Below, in pieces: positions 58,861 through 64,000 of a stretch of 64,000 nt of DNA. Source of the stretch: Azolla caroliniana (taxonomy: Eukaryota; Plantae; Polypodiophyta). The notes under the pieces were generated by a model, which saw only the letters and a list, made by a program, of their open reading frames with translations, made no database searches and had not been told where the DNA came from. A program made the translations under genes and the position numbers. How positions within the stretch are numbered: position 1 is the first letter of the stretch; each line of letters opens with the position of its first letter. The DNA is taken from contig JBHGNT010000016.1 in NCBI GenBank assembly GCA_043228905.1, forward strand, positions 18,476,001 through 18,540,000. The letters are read 5' to 3'.

Positions 58861-60477
58861 AGTGTTATGAGCTAAAGCTTCAAACTTCTATGGCAGTATT
58901 CCCAAGACCATTCACTTCCTTCTCTTTGTCGTCCTCAGATTCTTCATATTCTTCATATTTTTCTGATCATCGCCATCATCGTGATGACTCTGATTCTGAT
59001 TTTGTTTTTGAGGATCACCATGGTCCATGACTATCATTCATCTGATTATGAGGATCACCATGACTATGATTCATCTTATTCTCGTCGACATGGTGGATCA
59101 AGCTTCTGTTCTTCTTGCTCATCATCACGGTGTTCTTGAGATTAATGTTGGCTCTGAGCATGTCCCTAGCTCTAAGGATCTCCTCCCTCATCCTCTCCAC
59201 GATCATGAGCCACACCTACTGCCCAGAGCTCCCCATTGCTCCCCATGAATTATACTGAGGAGGCTGAGATGTAGCAGAAACCATGGATCACTGCATCCAT
59301 GGCCTGGCGGCAGAGTCGTTGTAAAGAAGAACGCCATAGCCATACCCGAAGACACAACAGAATCGTTGGAGAAATCATGGTCACCAAGATATGGCGGATG
59401 AGTGGCGTTTTGATCATGAGTAGCAGAAGAAGATTCATGAGGAGGAGGAGAGAGAGAGAGAGAGAGAGAGAAGTAAAAAAAAAGTAAAAAAAGTAAAAAA
59501 AGTAAAAAAAGAAAAAAAAAAAGGAACACGTATTTTTCCCCTTTCCAACGTGTTCGTTTCCAAACGTATTCAAACGTTTGAATGCTATCACGAACACAAA
59601 TATTATGTTCTATGGATATAATTTAGTTAAATAATAAAAAATTATATAGGTGAAATAATAAACCTTTTACACGAATACTTCCTCATTTTAACTAAAGCTT
59701 ACGTCTCTCTCCCTCGCCCCTTAATCATCGTCCTAATTACAAGTTAAGACCTTAACCTCTCCACCCTCCCTTCCATATTGGCATGCACCTTTATCTTTAT
59801 TATATTCTCCGAACAAATGTTGCGTAGGCATGATATAAGAAAATGAAATCAAATGACAAAGAAAGAAGCCAGGAAGCTATGTGTGCAAGCTTGAGTAAGA
59901 CCAATGTTGGATAAAGTCCCAAGAACAAAATTAGAGTATTGGTTAGGTTAGGACTTTTCCCAGCCAATGTGGGGGACATTCGAAAGTGATTCCGACTAGA
60001 ACTTCCCGGATTTTGGAATCTAGTCGGTTCATATCTTTTGAACCAACTATTTATGTAGTTTTGAAAAAACAAGGTAAACATTGGAATTTTCTGGACAATT
60101 AACCACATAATACTATAGGATTAAATAAAATGTTCATATAAATATATATACATGACATTTTGGACTATATATATAATCCAACATGTCATGGTCCGCCCCG
60201 TATCACTTCCTCCTCCTCCTCGAGGCCTAGATCTAGATGTAGTTGCTTTTACCACATGATAAAGGTGAGGGTGAGTGTTGGCAGAAACAAGGCTACCACG
60301 ATGGTTAAGGTGAGGGTGTTGACATGATGATGGGCCCCACCCCAAAAATGCGCGTGTGGAAAAGATTTCTCTCTTTTTCACACTTGTATATATATATACA
60401 TATATATATACATACATATATATAAACATACATACATATATATATATATGTATAGTGTGAAAAAGAAATAAATATAC

Positions 60478-60749
60478 ATATATATGAGATTTTGGATTAG
60501 TTGCAATGAAGTTATGAACAATGTGTTTAATCTTATAGTATTATGTACATAATTCATTGTAACAAATCTGTTGCAAGCTTTGCATTTTATTTGGGTTTAG
60601 GGTTTAGGTGACACATGCACACCACAATATATATATATGAGATTTTGGATTAGTTGCAATGAAGTTATGAACAATGTGGTTAATCTTATAGTATTATGTA
60701 CATAGTTCATTGTAACAAATCTGTTGCAAGCTTTGCATTTTATTTGGGG
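60478..60749 (+). repeat. Direct duplication of about 118 bp
   Basis: ATATATATGAGATTTTGGATTAG...TTTATTTGGG at about 60478 and 60632. Confidence 0.85.
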
Positions 60750-61087
60750 ATGAAATACATACATACATAATAAGATGATGTCTTTTCGTTTGTTGGGCCC
60801 TACCTTCCAAGGTGCATAGTTTTGAAGTGTTTTTTCAATGTTTTCCATGCATCCAACGTTGACTTTGTGTAGGATCCATACACAACGAATTCAATTCACG
60901 AATGAGAACAAAAAGAATCCTTACATGATGTTTCTTTCTTTGGTTAAGATTTTTATTCAATCCATGCTAATAAAAAGAATGATAATAAAATCTGTTTGTA
61001 CAATATTTGTATATGTATGTATATATTCATGTATTTGTACATGTTCATGACACAAAGGGGACCTTGCAGTAGCCAAAGCAAGAAGAA

Positions 61088-61386
61088 ATGGGGGCACATC
61101 ATCATGATCTCAACACCCTCACCATCTTCATAGTCATGGTAGTCTTGGTTTCTGCCAACACTCAGCTTCATCTTCAGCATGTGGTAGAAGCAGCTACATC
61201 TGGAGGTGGATCTATAACTTGGAATGCTTCAGCCATGTTCGTGTTCGGCGACTCGATGGAAGACACCGGAAACGGCTTATTCTGCAGCCGTCCGAGGGCC
61301 TTCAAGCTTCCCTTCGGGATCTCGTTCCCTGGCTATGGAGATGGCCGCTTCTCCGATGGCCGAGTCCTCATCTCCGACTACCTTGG

Positions 61387-61418
<32 letters not shown>

Positions 61419-62767
61419 TATGTATGTATGTATGTATGTATGTTCATTAATCAATCTTTGAGGCTTTTTAAATTCTTAATGCTTTTTTAAAAGAGAATGT
61501 TTTGTAGCTGAGCACCTCGGCCTCCCGCCGATCAACCCATGGCTCAATGTGTTCCTGGACTTTGGCCACGGAGCGAATTATGCGATCCCTGGCGGAACCG
61601 CCCTCGATCTCCACATTATGGACTTCCCGCTCCCTCGCCAGATCTCATTCCACCTCGATCTCCTCGACCAAGTTCTCAACCGGTCTTCTTCTTCCTTTTC
61701 TTCTTCGTCCGCAGATCGAGCCATGAGAAACCATGGATTCTCGAATCGGAAACTCCTCCCGAGCATAGAGGCTATCCGAGACGGCCTCTATGTCATCCAA
61801 ATTGGTGGATTAGACTACAGAAACTACATTGTAACTTACAATTTCTCTCCTATAGATGTTGTCACCAAAGTGGTGCCCCTAGTTGTGGAACAAATCCGGA
61901 TTGCTCTAGAGGTAAGTTAGCTATACATATGCTTCCTTGCCTTGCACCTCTAAACTAAACTAAACTTAAACTTAATCACCCACATTGTGTTTCTAACATG
62001 ATTTATTTCATGATCCTATGTGCTCCATAATAGACACTTTACAACGAAAGCCAGGCTAGGAACTTCTTGGTGGTTGGCGTTGGAGCCCAAGGTTGCCAAC
62101 CCGCCTTTCTATTCCTATACCCGGACTTCCCCAAAGACTCCCACAACTGTCTTGCTCCTCAAAATGAGATCGCCCGTGTTCATGCCCAGCACTTGCTTGC
62201 GCTTGTCAATGACCTCAGTCACCTACACTCTGATGCCACATACACCTTCCTCGACTTATACGGTGCCAACATCTATGTCACCGAGCATTCGTCGGAGCTC
62301 GGTAAGTAAAGGATTTAAAACTCTTATAACAATAGTCTTAAATCCTAAACAAAATTTCACTATGATCATGTGTTTTACACATACATAGATAGATAGATTA
62401 TATTATCGTCCTTGGAGGTCAAATATGACCTATGAGACCTTTTTGATACAAATGGGGGGTGGGGGGGCTCCATTGTTTTGATACATTTGCAGGATATAGT
62501 TATCCGCTCGATGCTTGCTGCGGAGCAGGACCGAAATATCCATTCAGATACAATAATACTGCTTACTTCTGCACGAATGAAACCGCATCATTGTATGTAT
62601 GCCCAAATCCAGTGAACTTCATCTCATGGGATGGTTTGCATTACACACAGAGCTTCAATTTCCAAGTATTTAACCTAACCTTCCTGCACGGATCCTTCAT
62701 TCACACTGTTGGTGCTCGGGGGCAATTGATCGACCTTAATGTATCAAAGTCGGAAGCGTGGGCATGA
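61088..62767 (+). CDS. GDSL esterase/lipase (SGNH hydrolase), 4 exons: 61088-61385, 61508-61911, 62034-62301, 62493-62767 (about 414 aa)
   Basis: Signal-peptide-like N-terminus, FVFGDSMEDTGN, GRFSDGR, GANYA, IGGLDY, GAQGCQP, ACCG and SWDGLHYT. The GT-AG introns join in frame (1245 nt in total). Confidence 0.93.
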
Positions 62768-62868
62768 TCACTATGATGGTGTTTGTTTGCTACCTTGAAG
62801 AGTGCACATTAACTACCTAACCAAAATTTTCCCTTTTCTCATCCTCTTGAGAATAATTTTGTGGAGAT

Positions 62869-63622
62869 TGTTTCTCAACATTTTTGCTAGTTGCAATTTG
62901 CAATAGAGTTGAATCTGTACCGCCATTTACGTAGAATGATAGCCAAAACAATAAAAAGTAGTACTAATACTACTACTACTACTAAACACACCAAAATAAT
63001 AAAAAGAGAAAGAAAGATATATTAACGTCTTCTAAGACCAATATACCCAATCATCGTAAATAAAACTTAGATAATAGAATTCTAGTATTGTACAAAAAAT
63101 GTTTCTCAACATTTCTACTAGTTGCAATTTGTAATAAAGAGTTGAATCTGTACCGCCATTGTACGTAGAATGATAGCCAAAACAATAAAAAGTAGTACTA
63201 ATACTACTACTACTACTAAACACACCAAAATAATAAAAAGAGAAAGAAAGATATATTAACGTCTTCTAAGACCAATATACCCAATCATCGTAAATAAAAC
63301 TTAGATAATAGAATTCTAGTATTGTACAAAAAATGTTTCTCAACATTTCTACTAGTTGCAATTTGTAATAAAGAGTTGAATCTGTACCGCCATTGTACGT
63401 AGAATGATAGCCAAAACAATAAAAAGTAGTACTAATACTACTACTACTAAACACACCAAAATAATAAAAAGAGAAAGAAAGATATATTAACATCTTCTAA
63501 GACCAATATACCCAATCATCGTAAATAAAACTTAGATAAGAGAAAGAAAGATATATTAACATCTTCTAAGACCAATATACCCAATCATCGTAAATAAAAC
63601 TTAGATAATAGAATTCTAGTAT
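62869..63622 (+). repeat. Tandem array with a 234-bp unit, about 3 copies plus an 82-bp partial re-duplication
   Basis: Identical spurious ORFs offset by 234 nt (63032 versus 63266). The unit contains (CTA)n. Confidence 0.92.
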
Positions 63623-63669
63623 TTCCTTGATATAATATGTTACGGTGTAACATATTATATCAAGGAAAT
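63621..63669. repeat. Perfect 23-bp inverted repeat with a 3-nt loop
   Basis: ATTTCCTTGATATAATATGTTAC-GGT-GTAACATATTATATCAAGGAAAT. Confidence 0.95.
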
Positions 63670-64000
63670 GACTATGTGCGAGGCCTAGTTTCATTTCATC
63701 CAAGTGTCTCGAAAAGGAGAAAATGTCATATAAGTTTGAGGTGACTCATAAGGAGCAAATGACAAGAATGGCACATGGTTTATGTTATTTGACAAAGATG
63801 ACCAAAAAGAAATGGTTTGAGAAAGAACAATATTTGGCTTTATTGAGAAAGGACAATGTTTAGCTTTATTTCGATATATTAAGGTAAATGGTTCTTAATA
63901 TAAATAGTGTCACTCCGACTCACGCCTCGCTCATTTGAGAAAGAACAATATTTTACCTTTATTTTGATATGTTAAAGTAAATGGTTCTTAAAGAAAATAG

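Noticed and set aside
58900-59600. His/Asp/Met-rich ORFs suggesting a small gene
   Set aside because: Short, with stops in all frames, no recognisable domain or splice structure, and flanked by microsatellites. Probably a decayed repeat.
63032-63493. Two identical short minus-strand ORFs
   Set aside because: By-products of the 234-bp tandem repeat.

Overview
Plant nuclear DNA, probably from a non-seed plant such as a fern, lycophyte or bryophyte (inferred from the Tcn1-like chromovirus and RTEX-like LINE content). About 57 kb is a deeply nested retrotransposon stack that can be resolved from LTR termini, primer-binding sites (PBS), polypurine tracts (PPT) and target-site duplications (TSD). 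A Tcn1-like Gypsy (B) hosts a non-chromovirus Athila-like Gypsy (C, 4865-55220). C hosts a solo LTR, a chromovirus (D, 11625-34371) and a minus-strand Copia (H, 35232-51921). D hosts two pol-less elements with a tRNA-Trp PBS (E, F), and F hosts a three-LTR gag-only element (G). H hosts Copia I, whose 5' LTR carries an apparently intact RTEX-like LINE (J) and whose integrase carries a solo LTR. The last 7 kb holds LINE remnants, a 4-exon GDSL esterase/lipase gene, a 234-bp tandem array and a perfect palindrome. The most unusual observations are four. Element C has an inverted tRNA-PBS copy where the PPT should be. LINE J has ORF1 and ORF2 in frame across one UGA-CGG with a downstream hairpin, suggesting readthrough. 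Element G has an LTR-A/ORF/LTR-B/ORF/LTR-A layout. The Trp-primed family makes 4-bp TSDs centred on CpG. All coordinates were read by eye, and no alignments or database searches were run.
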